From Malacoraja senta (lineage: Eukaryota): a stretch of 64,000 bases of DNA. Every line of letters starts with the position of its first letter. The first letter of the stretch is position 1. Positions 61,545 to 64,000 of the stretch are shown piece after piece. The position numbers and the translations under genes were made by a program. Below the pieces are notes generated by a model. It did not search any database. It was not told the DNA's origin and saw only the letters and a program-made list of their open reading frames with translations. The stretch lies in contig CM075989.1 in NCBI GenBank assembly GCA_038087875.1, positions 5,146,001 through 5,210,000 on the forward strand, written 5' to 3'.

Positions 61545-61824
61545 AGGTCGGGGGGGGGGGAGTCCCCCCCGCCACGGGTACCATGTAATCCCGTGCTACC
61601 TGCTCCATGGTCGGATAGTCGGCGACTAAACCGTCTCCCCCAGCTGGTTTGCCAGGTGAGGAGGGGGCTGTGGACCCCCAGCAGGACCAAAAACAAGACC
61701 TGTCAAAGGGCGGATGAGCTTCTAGCGAGCCAACGGCCGTCCACACTTCAGTAGAAGTTGCGATCACTGTCGTACACAGCATCGTAAGGCACCGTGCCTG
61801 TTGATGTTTTCAACGATGATGTTG
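61545..61824 (+). mobile_element. Short putative RTE/Vingi-related non-autonomous element
   Basis: G-run start, GTCG...GGCGACTAAA motif, (GAT)-like tail, agttcagtt at both flanks. Confidence 0.4.
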
Positions 61825-61969
61825 AGTTCAGTTTAGTTTAATGTCACGTATACCAAGGTACAGTGAAAAGCATTTGTTGCGTGCTAACCAGCCAGCGGAA
61901 AGACAATACATGATTACATTCGAGCCATTACAATGTATAGTTACACAATAAAGGAATAATGATTTAATA

Positions 61970-62623
61970 TTCAGAATCAGAATCACACTTTATTCTCCAA
62001 ATATGTTTAGCAACATACGAGGAACTTGATTGGCCAGGTCAGTTCAGAAATAAAGTTCAAGTCCTTCCTTTTGTTCTTCCTCGGTCGGGGGCCTCGAGCC
62101 CTCCGTTGACGGGATGATCTTGACTCCCGTAGCCGGCGGCGTTTGGGCCCTCCACATCGAGGCGATCTGCTCCCGCATCGGGGGAATGTCAGCTCCCCCG
62201 CGCCGGCCGATCGAACCTCGCGTCGGGGCTGGCCGAGCCTTCTGCGGCGTTGGAGCTCCCGACTAGCCTCTCCCGAGACTGCGAGCCCTAGATGGTAAGT
62301 CCACGGTGGTCGTGGTGGGAACGATCCCAGGCAAGGGATTAGCTCCGATGTTAAGTCCGCGCCCTTCGGTGGGGCTCACGACAGTCCGAGGAGGCCTCCA
62401 GCTCCAGCGATGGTAGGCCGCAGAGCCCGGAGAATGTGATCTGAAAATTGATCACATCTCCAGGAAAGTAGGAGCTTGAAAAAAAGTTTCCCCCTATCCC
62501 CTCCCCCCTCCCCCCACATAAAACATACCGAAGAACATTAAAACAAACTTTTAACACACTAAAAAATAACAAAAAGAAAGAAAAAACGAACTGACTGCCG
62601 GCAGGGCTGCCATCTCCCCGGCG
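61970..62623 (-). mobile_element. GC-rich structured non-autonomous retroposon, copy G
   Basis: Head GGAGATGGCAGCC, hairpin 62427-62463, body similar to B/D, tail aagttcctcgtatgttgctaaacatatttggagaataaa+(TGATTC)n. Confidence 0.7.
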
Positions 62624-64000
62624 ATTAGTGCAAGGTTAAGAAGATCTTAGTTACTGTAAGAAATGTTGCTGTTGGAATAGAGATTTAAGAGTGTGGAGCG
62701 ATTGTAACATATGACTGTAGATCTGGCTCCGTGGCTAGCATGCAAACAGTCGCCCGGCTTGGGCACCATCTTGGGAGCAACCCTAGTGATGGTATTCTTG
62801 GTGAGGTTTAAATCAGGTGAAGGATGTTTAGAGATTTCAGAAAGGCATTCCGTAATATTGTCTCCAAGACAGATACAGGTGGTAGCGGTGGCTGGGTGTG
62901 TGAGCATGTACATCAAGAGAAGATTATAGAAATGGAGAGGTTTAGTTTAGTTTTGAGATACAGCATGGAAACAGGCCCAACGAGTCCACGCCGACCAACA
63001 ATCCCCGCACACTAATGCTATCCGACACAGTAGGGACAACTTACAATTTTTATACCAAAGTTAATTAACCTATAGATCTGTAAGTCTTTGGAGTGTGGGA
63101 GGAAACCGGAGCACCCAGGGAAAGCCCACAGGGTCATGGGGAGAACGTAAAATCTCGGTACAGACAGCACCGGTAGTCAGGGTCAAACCCGGTTCTCTGG
63201 CACCGTAAGGCAGCAACACTACTGCTGTGGCACTGTGTTGCCCAAACAGTTGGAGAGAAAAATGTAAAACAAAACTATAATGAGAGAGAGGGTATTCTTG
63301 GCTGGCTTTAAAACAGGTAAAGGAGGTGTAGGGATTTCAGAAAGACATTCCAGAATATTTTCTCCATGATAGCTGCACGCACAGTGAACAGTGTCTGGGT
63401 GGGTGGGTGTGTACATGTGTCTGGGTGGATGGGCATGTACATGTGTCTTGGTGAGTAAGCATGCACATTGAGAGATGGAGAGACAGACACTAGGCTCTAT
63501 TCATTTAGTTGTAAAGCAAGGGCGCACACGAGCACAGCGGTAGAGTTGCAGCCTTACAGCACCAGAGACCCCATTTTGATCCTGAATATGGGTGCTGTTT
63601 GGACGGAATTTGTACGTTCTCCCCATGACCCCGTGGGTTTTCCAGGGGTACTCCAGTTTTCTCCCACACTCCAAAGACATTCAGGTTTCCAGGTTAATTT
63701 GCTTTGGTAAAAATTGTAAAATGACTCTAGTTTGTAGGATAGTGCTAGTGTACGGGGATCGCCGGTGGCACGGACTCGGTGGGCCGAAGGGCCTGCTTCC
63801 ACGTTGTATCCCTCAACTCTGAACACAGATATGACCCTTTGGCCCACCATGCCCATGCTGACCACTGTATCTATCTACATTAATCACATTCACCCACATC
63901 AGGTCAATAGGCTTCTATGTTTTAATTGCAAGGATACTAATTTTACAATTGAAATATTAGATGATCAGAAGCCATTTAGATCAGTGGGAACGAGTAGTGG

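Overview
Repeat-dense eukaryotic DNA, very probably from a cartilaginous fish (shark, skate or ray). This is inferred from about 19 HE1-like tRNA-derived V-SINEs with CR1/HER1-type tails. I could not identify any host protein-coding exon. There is one CCAAT/GC-box CpG-island promoter at ~6.1-6.6 kb that appears to fire leftwards, and a 200-N gap at 1838-2037. The rest is nested mobile DNA: a full-length Passport-like Tc1 (DD34E, two frameshifts); a structurally complete but decayed DIRS1-type tyrosine-recombinase retrotransposon; PIF/Harbinger and hAT MITEs; a solo LTR; and fragments of Rex1/Babar, CR1, L2, L1/Tx1, RTE and Penelope-like elements. Three observations stand out. (1) A non-autonomous P-superfamily element (CAAAG...CTTTG ends, 8-bp TSD, intact THAP-domain first exon) contains two 30-36 bp TIR-only remnants, each with its own 8-bp TSD; these resemble P-transposase excision footprints. 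(2) A GC-rich non-autonomous retroposon family keeps two covarying hairpins across divergent copies, has interchangeable Rex1-type tails, and shows a possible U1-snRNA resemblance. (3) Ribozyme-like motifs occur: hammerhead cores in Penelope-derived units and a degenerate twister in an RTE-type 5' UTR. Family names come from recalled motifs, not from database searches. Fragment boundaries are approximate unless a TSD is quoted.
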